Shown here: one piece after another, positions 26,834 to 42,488 of the stretch
How positions within the stretch are numbered: the first letter of the stretch is position 1
Layout of the letters: each line of letters opens with the position of its first letter
Origin: Adineta vaga
Taxonomy: Eukaryota; Animalia; Rotifera
Reading direction: 5' to 3'
NCBI GenBank assembly: GCA_021613535.1
Contig: CP075497.1
Location: forward strand, 7,068,001 to 7,132,000
Length of the DNA stretch: 64,000 nucleotides
Made by a program: the position numbers and the translations under genes
The notes under the pieces: generated by a model
Database searches by the model: none
The model's input: the letters and a program-made list of their open reading frames with translations, nothing else
Told to the model about the DNA's origin: nothing

Positions 26834-29800
26834 TAGACTAAGTTTTAAAAAAAAGATTATATAGAAGGAATTGGTAAATATATTTATACACTTCTGTAAT
26901 AGACTCTCGGTGAGGTGATTACGATTTAATTAACAACACATCACATAAGAGGCTGTTTCCAGAGTAAATGACATACTGATGTACGGGTTGACAACCCAGC
27001 TGGAGCATAGTTCATGCAAGATTGATTCTCCTGGAATATGCCTCAGTTCATTTTCGTTGCAAATCACTAACATCGAATATATATAGCAGGCATTGTTTTT
27101 CGAAATATTTAAGAGACACAATTTTATTTTATACGAAGAAAAATATATCTATTATGAAAGAGATAAAGAAATAGTGCTGTAAGTAAAAATAAAGTAAAAG
27201 AATATAAACTTGTATCTGACAAGAAGACATGCTGTTGATCTGTCACAATTTCCTTTTATGTAGGATGATCTAAATATAAAGAAATGTAGTTGAATCAAAC
27301 CGAAGCGTATTTATAGTACTAATCTAACTCGACTGAGCATACTTTGAGTAGATGTATTCGTACTGGAGGTTGTCTTTCGTTTTATTATTCTTCTTATCCC
27401 GTTGGAATTCTAGAATGAAAATACGAGATGAAGCTTTGAATTTTCTTTTCAATTACTAATACACTTTTGATTACCTTGTAGGCATTGATTTTTTCTATTG
27501 TACTTGAATGAGAATCGACTGATGAAAATATATTTTCGATACGATCTAAAACAAAAAATGGTATGGAAACGAATAATTCCTAGCTGCTTTGCTTTATTTC
27601 TACTTACAATTGTTTCATATGAACAAGTATGTCCATATCTGTTCATTACGTCGAGTAAATGGGATGATCTTACATGATGATACAATTCATTACCAAGTAA
27701 TGATTGTTTTGGTGAAGAATATGAGCTATATCTTGTATTGATAATATCGTAAGCGATAGACGAGATTTTTAAGGATTCTTCAGATGATTTGTACATATCT
27801 TGATTGAATAGATTCGAATATCCAAAATTATTTTTAAGTTTTTGAAAAAAATTATCATTCGTAGTTAACAAACTCTGTAAGTGACTTATCATTATTTGCA
27901 TCGACTTGCTTTAGATAATGCATATTAACACGGATTGATGCTCGTAACAACTCTGTTAATGATGAATTCGTTAACGCAGATCGTATTATAGTCGATAGAT
28001 CATTCCAGGAAATGAAAACATCTTGACGATTATTCACTTTTGTAAATAAGACGTGTGTTTTGAATTTGATATGCAGACGATAACGTATAGGTGATGTACG
28101 AATTATTTCTTCTGTGATTGTTTCATTTCTTGATGCTAGAATTTCTTGGTACTTCTTTCTAACTGTTGTTAATGAAACTACAAAACCGTCACGCAGCAAG
28201 TTTATCAACCATTCACATAGTTCACTAAAACTTTTCTTGTATAAGAATGTTTTCTTTCTCTCCTCGATTGGAAAATGTGAATAATTATGATTTTTTTTGC
28301 CGAGAAGTTGTTGGACGATGATAACGACCAAGAGAAGAAACCTATTAAATAAGAAGAAACAAATACGAAGATTCATGTTCGTCAGTATTTTTAATGATAG
28401 CAACAAACTCAACATCTATAAAACTTCTCTAAGTCTCATGAAGAAAACATACTGGGAAAGATTTTGTCAGAGAATCAATTTGATAGAGATTGCTGATATC
28501 CATAAAATAAGATGGTATCCAAAAAATTCTTTTTTTAATGCTTTTAGAGAGCTGCGCATTTCTTCCTTTTCTTTTACAAACCAACATTCCTGATTATTTA
28601 TCTTCATTACTGTTTAATAAACGAAGATAGAAATTTTGAAACTGTTGTTACAAGAACATACGTACTTTATCTTGGTATGATTCTTCTAGTTGAGTTTCTT
28701 CAAGTAATGTCCACAAAGACGTTGACCGACTTGGTCGTAGTGAAAAAATGATGATTGAATTCGTGATGACGATCGAATAAAAGACGATTGGACGGGTGGC
28801 GACAATTACGCACGGATAAAACTTGTTGAGTCAAAGAAATCTTCTGGTAACATAACAAGATCATCAGCGTCACGAGATTTTTTATCCTAATAGAGTATAT
28901 TTCATATTTATTTATTCTTATGTCCAGTATATCTCTCACCCATGGAATCGTTGAACTCATTTTATTCTGATCAGATGTTTCATTGAGATTTTTGACAGTT
29001 GTTGATGATTGAATCTATAAAGCAGATGTACGTATATAAGTGATAATGTTTATAGATTTACCTTAAGAATGATACACTTACCCTGGTTAAAAAAGACTTT
29101 TCTAGGTTAAATAATTGTTCATGTGAAGTGACTTCAATTTCTGTTGAGAAAATTGAATCAACCAAGTAAGATGAATGAAAGACGTATTCGTGCGAATTGA
29201 TTGCATTATCAGTAGAACACGTATTTTTTCTTCTTTCTTTCTTTCAAAATGAACACTTTACATATTCGAAATACTGATGAATGTAGATCATCGTCATATG
29301 ATGTTGAACTAAAATCTTCGTTAGCGGTTTGTGAAGATAATGATAACAGTAATAATAACTGAAATAAAACAGTATTTTATCTAGTTTTCTATGAATTACT
29401 ATAACCATGCGATACGAATTACGTTTTGTTTTACATCTGGTGCAACAGATAATGGATTTAATATCGGTATATATGTTGGCGTTTTTAACATTTCAACTGG
29501 ATTTATTATATTTTGCCAGGAGATTGCTTTCTTGTGCATTGTTACTTGTATTAGTGGTGATGAAGATTCCTGGTAATTTGTTCGATCAACGAGTGGTATT
29601 CTACTTGACGATAGTTTACCTTCGCATACTTGTGTATAATGACTATGATATTTTTTATAATATTTTCTGTATACTCGTTTGTATAATATTGTTTTTGATA
29701 AAAAAATTCTATGTAGATTACTAAAGGCTCCCTTTATTTTTTCTTCAACACGACTACTCTTTCCACTAATATAAAGTCACTTTTTTTGTTCTTCGTGTTC

Positions 29801-30127
29801 TAGGACATACTTCACATGTAAAAGACATTCTTTTACTTGAGTTTTGAAAAGCCACACGAAGTAAATCGCACAAAACAGTATAATCAATTATAATCAATTG
29901 TTTTAAAAAGGATACTAAGATATAGTTGGCGCACTCGACATAAGCACATACATTGCTCATTGTGAGTCACCAATACGCCGAATATGACAGATGGCTGCAC
30001 AAGTTAAAGGTTTTCGAGGGAAAGACCATGTTTATACAAATAGGCTCACAATAAAAAACATATCATTAAATTCTGTATTAAATTTAGAATTTTTCGACAC
30101 TTGAATGTCTCGAAGAGGCTTAGTCTA
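26834..30127 (-). mobile_element. Decayed DNA transposon, tentatively Academ-like
   Basis: Frameshifted intronless ORFs 27855-28415 and 27449-27901 with LLGNELYHHVRSSHLLDVMNRYGHTCSYETI, recalled from large invertebrate transposase-like proteins; 9-bp inverted ends TAGACTAAG (26834-26842) / CTTAGTCTA (30119-30127); flanks cgc/cgt. Confidence 0.5.
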
Positions 30128-30342
30128 CGTATAGTGCATTACTGGAACTAAAATCTGCCGATAAAAGTGTGAGTCATGGGGGCTCTGATAATATACCGTA
30201 CGCATTCTGTTTTATTCTCACTACATTCGTACGCATTGTCCTCTGCTGCACACACCCGCTAAATCCTCGAGTGTGTATTTTATATCTTCTACTTTTCATT
30301 TCTTTTTGCAGATTTTATTAGTATATTTTTAATTTCAACGAA

Positions 30343-30833
30343 ATGTCTGGCATCAATGTTAAGTCTGGCGACAATCTTAATTCTGAAGGCAAACCATACC
30401 ATGGTAAAATTGTTCTTATTCTCGATAATTCATTGGAATTTAATTTCAAATTTTAGAACATGGTGACAAGATAGAAAAAAAGAAACACGAATCAGGTGAA
30501 CATCATAAACATCCTGAACATCATGAACATCAAGAACCAAAGGAGCATATATCACATGGTCATGACAATCAGGTTTGATAATTTATAAAAATAAAAATCT
30601 ACTAATCTCGTTTTTATTTCTCTCGGATTATTTTAGTATCACAAGGTTTGTAATAACAATAAAATCATTCCATTTAGATTTGTAACCTATTCATTTTAGG
30701 ATATCAAAGGTAGTTCAGGTAGTGGATCGAGCGCATTAGGCGATCGAAAGTAAGAAAATTTGATATTCGTTTCAGTAAACTAAATCGTTGTTTCTGTTCT
30801 TATTCTTTTAGAGCAGATAAAGAAGCTTCATAA
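30343..30833 (+). CDS. Small His-rich hydrophilic protein, copy 2 (85 aa, expanded xHx repeat)
   Basis: Exons 30343-30403, 30457-30572, 30637-30645, 30700-30749, 30812-30833: MSGINVKSGDNLNSEGKPYHEHGDKIEKKKHESGEHHKHPEHHEHQEPKEHISHGHDNQ-YHK-DIKGSSGSGSSALGDRKADKEAS*; all indels versus copy 1 are in frame. Confidence 0.8.
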
Positions 30834-31162
30834 AATGGTTTGTGAATGAAAATACTTATCAATAATCAAGCTTCTCATATTCTTCGTGGTTTAACTTTGT
30901 TGTCATTATTATTTCCGATTTTCTTTCTGTTCATATAATAAACAAGTCTATCTATCAGTTATTCAATGATCGTATATAAAAATAAATCAAGATGCATTAT
31001 TGGAAGAGGCTTTTTCTCGACTTATAATAATGTAATTAAATGTTTTATTATTAAAATGAAATACATTTATGAAGAAGAAGACAAGACTTATCACAAAAGC
31101 TTTGATAAATAGATGCATATAATCATTGAAGTTTTATGCATATATATATTTTTGAAATTGAT

Positions 31163-34100
31163 TTATTCCCAAAAAGCTTGGTATTCATATTCACCTGATT
31201 CAACTTGTACGGTCATTAGACCAGTTTGTACATCATAGAAAACACCGTTTTCCTTGTAATCTTCTGACCAAATCACTTTCTGACCCTCAGTCAAGGAGAC
31301 ACATCGTGCATGAGGAAATAATGGTTCAAACATCACTTGTGCTTTTGCATTTGTTGGTATCGAAACTCGAAGAACAATCGAATTGCGCAACGTATCACGT
31401 TGATCACGTGTATAGGCAACGTGTACAAGCCCATATAATGTACTTAGTTGACAATCAACTTTTGAAAGAAGATGTTTTTTCTCTTCAGATAACATTCGTG
31501 GTCGAATAAGAATAAGATCTGATTGAAAATCAATACCACCTAAATGAGAATAAAACCAGGCACCAATACTAGAAAACATGTGATGATTTCGTGAATTCAT
31601 TCCTGGACCTTCCATTGGTGCATCCCACAATTCCCACATTGTTGTCGCATTTTCATATGGATTATTGAACATATAACCATAGGATGGATAGGTGACAGAC
31701 GATACTAATTCAACAGCAAGATCATGTTGACCATTATCGGATAAGAGTGGAAAAAGTTGAGCAGTTGAAACAATTCCAGTTGAAACATGATTGCCTTTTT
31801 GTTGAATATCTTGTATTAAATGTTCGAAAACAGAGCTTCGAACATTTGCTGGTACAACATTCGGTAGAGCTAAAGCAAGAATTTGTGCTGCTTGCATTCC
31901 ATCTGCATAGTAACCGCTTGATGTTGTAAAGAATACTCGATGAAATTCTTCTGCAAGTTGTTGATAGAATGTTGTATAAGATTGTGTATCATTAGTAAAA
32001 CCAATAATTTGTGAAATATTAACTAATACAGAAACATCATGTAGAAATGCAAATGATGCAATTAAATAGACATTCGTCATCGGTTGAGGTGTCGGTGGTA
32101 CCCAATCACCATAATGATATGCAAGTTTAGCTAGACCTGTCTTGCTGTATCCCGCTCGAATTGATTCTACGTAGGCACGAATTGAATCATAATGATCACG
32201 AAGAATTTGTATATCATTATAATGACGATATAATTGCCAGGTTATTGTCGGTAATGCAGTGCCCCAATTAGGATCCGATGGATAACCGCCAAATGTTACT
32301 GGTACAGTATCAGCTATTGAACCATCTGGTAATTGAATATCAGCAATTAAATTAAGAAAATTGAGATAAAATTTGATAAGATCAAAATTATATAAAGCTT
32401 CATTGGCGGTTAAAGCAGCATCACCCATCCAACCTTTTCGTTCATCACGTTGTGGACTAATAAAAATAAATAAAATCAGATGTTTGTTTTTATCTCAAAT
32501 AAAAATAAATTTTTTTATTTCTTTTCTTACCAATCAGTTGGTAGAGACATTGAATTACTCAATTGACCCCATTGCACATTATGTTGAATTTGATTGATAA
32601 CTGGATTACTGGAAGCAAAGTGTCCTTTCACAGTTGTTTCACTATGTACAACCAAACATTCGACATCATCTACGGTAAGAGGATTTGGTGAACCAAAAAT
32701 CGATATATAACGAAAACCATGGACAGTAAAACTTGAATAAAAAGAAATCTGATGAATCGAAAATAAATCATTGTCTGAACTTACCGTGGTTCATAGATTT
32801 CACCTTTTGGATCTCCGTGTAATATATAACTATCAGTCTGAGTAGCACCTCGAAGATTTTCTGTATAAATTCCGCCATATGCTTGTCTAAATTTTTCATT
32901 GAAAAAAATATCTACAGATAAAATGTAAATCATACTTGGTCGATTCTACTGGTTGTGCTAATACTTCAGCATGACGAATATAGATACCAAGACCACGTGG
33001 ACCATGAAAATGAAAACGACACCAACCAACCATATTTTGTCCCAAATCAAATGTATGAACACCTAAAACTGGTGTTGATACACTGATTGGTTTCAGGATA
33101 CCATCATGAAGTTGTCGACCTTTAATATCACCTACATCATCTTTTAATAAATAGCTATTCAATATTTCAGATGGATTATCAATTTCAAATTGTAAGGCAT
33201 CGACACCAGCACGTATTGGAGGCATATCTTGTAAGATCATTTGACCTTTGGCTGTTATATTCACTGGTGATGGTAAAATTTCTGGTGTTAGCCAAAGTGA
33301 AAGTGTATCATTGAATCCAACTTCTGCCCAATTAAGACGATCATATCGACTATCAACAATTTCTCCATTATATACACTATCATGTACAATTGAACCTTGA
33401 CGACCTTTCCATGTTTGATCACTGTAGACAGACATTTCTTGTGAATTTTCGAAAACAATACGTAAAACAAACATTAGGCGAGGAGGACCTAAAATACATT
33501 ATGAATAAAAAAAAACTTATTCATTAATTTTTACCATAAGATGGTTCACTCATTGATGGTGGAACATATTGTTCTTGACTATACCAACCATTGCCTAATT
33601 TAACACCAACAGCATTCATACCCATCTAAGAAGAAGAAAAGATCATAAATACTTTAATATTTTCTTTTCTCACTATCAGCATTAATGTTAGATCATATGA
33701 AGCAAATAAAGTACGTTTTTCATATGTTGTCCAACCAGGATCCAATTTTCGACTTGGATCAACACTTTGTCCATTGAGATATAATTCATAATATCCAATA
33801 CCTGATATAAAAAGAGTAGCTGAACGAATTTGACTTGTACTTGAAACATTGAATTCTTTTCTTAATTCATTCATATAGATTTGTGTTGAACCAATCCAAT
33901 AAACTTCGTCACTTTTTTCCAAAAGAAATTCATGTAAATTAAATATCGATGTTCGAAAACGTATCCAATTAGTCCATGAACTTGCTTGATCGGATAGAGT
34001 TGTCCATACTCGAAGACGGATTTGATAATGTGTTAATGATTGCAGATCATCTGAATTTATAAATGGTACATGAATTGATTGACTGGAATGTATTTTTCCA

Positions 34101-34336
34101 CTATCCCATTGTTGTGTATTCGATTGTATTTGAATTTGATAGGCCGTTTGTTGAACATTACGTTCGTTGTTGAAACGTGCTAATTTCCATGAACATCGTG
34201 GTCGTGGTGTATTTATAACCAAATCTTTTGTTGTGTCAACTTTATAATGATCAATGCGAATATCAAATGGTGCAGGTATTTGATTTGCATTAGCGGTGAC
34301 TACAGCGAGCAATACAGTTATATACAACCAAAACAT
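31163..34336 (-). CDS. Secreted alpha-L-rhamnosidase (GH78), 6 coding exons, probable horizontal acquisition
   Basis: Signal peptide; ISGIGYYELYLNG..LDPGWTTYEKR, FDLGQNMVGW, RFTVHGFRY, LPTDCPQRDERKGWMGDA (spliced), YHYGDWVPP, ATTMWELWD, MNSRNHHMF; five canonical introns. Confidence 0.93.
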
Positions 34337-34853
34337 TCTGAAAAGAATATTTAGATATACTTTCCTAATGTTTGTTGAGGTCTTTTATATATAGCCACAT
34401 ATTATTCTCTTATCAAAAGTAGGTGTAATCAGTTTTATTTGCTTAGATTACGTTTAATATTTTTAAAAAAAGTACACAAACAGACTAAGGTCATGTTTGT
34501 TTCAATAAAAGTCAATTCAATAAAATAAACAAGTTCAATTTCAAAAAGAATGAACAATCATTGAAATGTAGCTCAAACTGTCGTTAATGAGCAATCTTCT
34601 CACTGAGAGTGCCTGTCATTTACAGCATTATTATTCTCAATTAAAAATAATTTCCATCTATCAATTTGATTTTTTTATATTTTCATGAAAACAAATGTTT
34701 TTTCTATTGAGTTTCAATTCCTATTCACACTCGTTTCTCATTGGTCGATACGCGCCAATGACATGATGCTTGATTTTACCCAAAGTATCTCAATCCATAA
34801 AAGAATATTTCAATTCGAACGTATAAAAAAAGATCATATTCATACGAAACGAA

Positions 34854-38157
<3,304 letters not shown>

Positions 38158-38273
38158 TACATTGTACAAACATATAAGCATTTATCTAGTCATTTATTAT
38201 ATTTTTTATTGAATTGAATGAAAATAACACATGAATATTGGTGATAAAAACATTTCTTTTTTTTTAGATAAAA

Positions 38274-40594
38274 ATGCCTTTTTTCATTCGAAAATCAAAT
38301 TCTGAACCGAAAGATAAGAAACGAAAGGTAAGCATTTCTTTTTCTCTCATGATCGATTTTCTTTCTATGACATCGATTCTAGAAATTACTTAAATCTCAA
38401 ACTGGAAAGAAAAAACAAAAAGTTTCTTCATCTGAATTAACCAATGGTCATATAACAAGGAAATCAAAAAAACAAAAAGATATTATTGATGAAAATGAAG
38501 AAATTCCAAGTGACAGTGACGTTGATGAAGATAATGAACAAAATCTTCAAACAATGAATGGAAATGTTCGATTAGATAATTTACTGTTAAATCAAGAAGA
38601 TGACGAAGATGATGAAAATAATATTCATGAACAACGATTGAAACGAGCAAAAGAATATATCGAACAGATTGCCAAACAAGGTATGAAGGAATTCGGTATA
38701 AAGGAAAAGAAATTCAATGAATTATCTTCATTTTCTAGAAAAAGAACGTGAACTTGATCGTGATCATGATGGTGTCTCAGACCGACTTCGTGATGATGTG
38801 GTATGTTTAAACATTCTTTTTATTACATTCATTCTCAAAGTGTTAATATTTAGCTTGAACAAGCTGGTAAACTTCATCGCCATGTTGCTTCAAATGTAAG
38901 AACAACAAAATTTTCATAAGAATACAATATATATATATATATATCTTTTTTTTGAATTAGTATTCTGAACCTATTCTTCTTCACACATGTCGCGGTCATC
39001 AACAAAGTGTTACTTGTGTATGTATTTCAAATGATAATAAATTTGCATTCACTGGATCCAAAGATTGTAGTATTATTAAATGTAAGTTATGAAAGAATGT
39101 ATGAAAATTCTTGAGAAAAATATCGTTCTTTGCTTAGGGTGTTTAATAACTGGTAAGAAACTTCATTTAATACGTCGAATTACTAAACCTAATGAAAAAA
39201 ATGAACGAGCACCAATTGTTGGACATTATGATCATATTCTTGCAATTAATATTTCAAGTGATGGGCAGTTTTTAGTATGTTATTACAAATGAATTGCTAA
39301 GCGTAAATATAAAATGTGAATTTTAGGTGTCAGGAGATCGATCACATTTAATTCAAGTATGGAATGCTCAAACATGTCAACATTTGAAGACTCTTCGTGG
39401 ACATCAGGGATCAATCACTGTATAATTTATCACGCACAGATGAATGATTTGAAACTATGATTTTGAATATTTAGGGTTTATCTTTTCGTCGTAATTCTCA
39501 TCAATTATTCAGCTCTTCTCAAGATCGATCAGTAAAACTTTGGAATTTAGATGAAATGACTTATGTTGAAACATTGTAAGTTATAGAAACAGAATGTTTT
39601 CGAAGATTTTTATGAAAATTTTCTTCTTAGATTTGGTCATCAAGAACCAATTCAAGCAATTGATGCATTGATGCGTGAACGATGTGTCACTGCTGGTGGT
39701 CGAGATGGTTCATTAAGATTATGGAAAATTGTAGAAGAATCACATCTGATGTTTACAGGACATAAGTATGTTATAATGTTTTTCGTGAAGAAAACGAATA
39801 CTTATATTTGATTTATTTTTGAAGAGGTTCAATTGATTGCGTTGCTTTAATTAATGATGACCATATGGTGTCTGGAGCAGATGATGGGTAAGTTATTTAA
39901 GAATGAAACAATTGTAAAATACGATTTCATAAGTGCAAACAATTAAATTTGATATTTATATTTAACCTTCCACATCAATCGATTCAGACAATACCTATAT
40001 AAATAAATGCATTTTTTTATCAGTGAAGTCTTATTGCAATTAAAAAGTTCTGTACAAATAGAAAGAAATTAATGAACATCTCTTCTTTAAAATTGATATA
40101 TTTCTATTTACATATATAAAATCATTTTTTTCTTCTGTTTAGATCAATCGCTCTTTGGTCGACAACCAAACGTCGTCCTCTTTACAATTTACCTCGTGCT
40201 CATAAATTTGCATCAATTGATCCATCAATAATCCCAGCCTCATTACCTGATGATTTCTGGATCACATCATTAGCTTCACTTCGTTATACCGATTTACTTG
40301 CCTCAGGTTCCTTCAATGGAATAATACATTTATGGAAATCAACACCTGAATTTAATCATTTATTACCTCTTTTCACAATATCACAAGTGAGATTCTTTGT
40401 CATTTTGATATGATTAAAAAGCTATTTGTGTTGAAATGATTTAGGTTGGTTTTGTTAATGATCTAAAATTTTCTTCCGATGGTAATTATTTAGTTGCCGG
40501 AATAGGTCAAGAACATCGACTTGGCCGATGGTGGACAATAAAATCAGCTAAAAATGCTGTTTTGATTTATAAACTCGACAAAAACACTAATTAG
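38274..40594 (+). CDS. RRP9: U3 snoRNP-associated WD40 protein U3-55K
   Basis: MPFFI start; acidic N-terminus EQRLKRAKEYI; WD repeats DRSVKLWNLDEMTYVETLFGHQ, RERCVTAGGRDGSLRLWKIVEESHLMF; terminal GQEHRLGRWW. Confidence 0.93.
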
Positions 40595-40758
40595 TCGAGA
40601 AATTTGTTTTGTTTTTGTTTTTTTTGTTTTGTTTGTGTTTTTTTTATTCTGTTATTTTGTGTAGTTATAACACAAAAGGTGAATTGATTGAATTAAAAGG
40701 AAAAAAAGAAAACTAAGGCATCTAAGAAGAAAAAAAGATACGAAAATGTTTTGTTTGT

Positions 40759-41271
40759 TTATAAGTGATTACAAATTATATCTCGACCAATACCACGTAA
40801 AACAAGTGTACGAAATTCTTCATAACTTAGATTTCCATCGAAATTCTCATCTACTTTACGAATATAATCACGTAAAGCATCACCTTGAACTCCATCACTT
40901 AATATCGGTAAAAACGAATTTAATTCATCGATATGTATCGTACCAGATCGATCACGATCTAATGTTGAAAATGCACGTTCAAGTTCATCACTTGAATAAA
41001 AACCCACTATAAATGGCCGTAAAACATTAACGAATGCATCGAATGATAAAGGATTTTTCAAATTACGTGCAAGATTTTGATATTGTTCACGACTAATTGC
41101 TGCATTATATGTACGATTTCGTTTTTCTTTATTTTGTCTTGCAATACTAGTTGATGTACCGGGTGAGACTGTTTCGACAACGACTGTTTCATTAAATTCA
41201 TAATCAATTTGTACAATTTGACCTGCACGATTTCGATGAATACTTTCTATCACTGTATATTCGAGATCCAT
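40759..41271 (-). CDS. EF-hand (calmodulin C-lobe-like) protein with unrecognised N-terminal region
   Basis: ELERAFSTLDRDRSGTIHIDEL and IRKVDENFDGNLSYEEF are canonical EF loops; intronless CDS. Confidence 0.88.
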   Translation of the reverse strand: MDLEYTVIESIHRNRAGQIVQIDYEFNETVVVETVSPGTSTSIARQNKEKRNRTYNAAISREQYQNLARNLKNPLSFDAFVNVLRPFIVGFYSSDELERAFSTLDRDRSGTIHIDELNSFLPILSDGVQGDALRDYIRKVDENFDGNLSYEEFRTLVLRGIGRDIICNHL

Positions 41272-42488
41272 GTCGAATTAAAGTAATTTTTTTCTAATAA
41301 TAAGAGACATAAAAGTTTAATAAAGTGTAAGTTCAATTCAAGTCGTTTTGTGAAAATTATTTGAGATCGATCTAATTTTCTTATACTAGGCGAGTGTTCA
41401 CACTTTTAATCGCATTCAGTTTACTTAACTATCTGTCATCACGCCCCGAATCATTTCTTATCTCTATTCAGAAAAACTAGTTTAAGTGGAATTTAAATAA
41501 AGGAAGAAAATAATCTGAAGTGTGAAACAGAGGGATTTTTTAAAAATTGGTTTACGCACATTTTGTTGATGAGACTAATTTGATGAAGCTTCGTGATTAA
41601 CAGCTCATACTCTAACGAATCGTGCACGAAAAATGAAAAAAAAAGCACTCTTCTGAAAATTCAAATTGTGCTTGCATCTTTTATACCGCAGAAAAGCAGA
41701 AAGAATCCGTATTGTTTTATTAGTAATACTTGTCAAATAACTTACATTATTTGGCTTTTGTATGAATAGATTAGTGCAGAGAGAGAGAAAGAGCAGCACT
41801 GAATTCTTTCACGATGCTACGGTTTATGCGTGTACACCTTCACTGTACTAGTGGTGCCCCTCATAAATCATACTTACCAATGCAACGCATAATAACAAAC
41901 ACTTCATCTTTTTTCCCTTATACTATATAATTTTATGTCTATAACACTTGTCAGAGAAAAACTCGAATTGTGCATTTGATCGATTCGTTATAAAAAGCAA
42001 GAAAATGTCTACATTGCCTTTACACATTTTCTCTTTTATAGACATGGTTTATGACCAATATTTGCTCATTATAAACAGTGCGCATCGTCTGATTCTCTCT
42101 TTTTTCTGTTTCATTAGAAAAAAAATCTTTCTATCCTTTATTTGTCTCTTTCGTTTTTTTTTCATATTTTACAGAAATGATTTCAATCATTAGATGAAAT
42201 TGAATTTTATATTTATTTGCATATCTCATATACCATTTAGTAGTAATAACAAGAAGAACAGTAACAAAAACTTTAACACAAATTCACGTTATAAAACTTT
42301 GAAAAGGATGATAAAATAGAAGATATAGAAAAAGAAAAAGATAAGAAAAACAAAAGAATCACATGGCTAAAACGAAGAAGGTGTGTGCCACTATCTATTT
42401 TCTCTATCTATCTATCTTTCTGTGTACATTAGATAAATTTAAATAACGAAACTTTAAAGAGGTACATTATTTTAGTCAAACAGAAACG

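Larger units (their letters stand above)
30197..34588 (+). repeat. Tandem segmental duplication, unit 2 (His-rich gene + intact rhamnosidase)
   Basis: Direct homology to 24228-26742 including introns, UTRs and promoter. Confidence 0.9.

Noticed and set aside
41870-41880. ATACTTACC resembling the U1 snRNA 5' end
   Set aside because: No downstream U1 sequence; better read as a minus-strand donor for a 5'UTR intron of the EF-hand gene.
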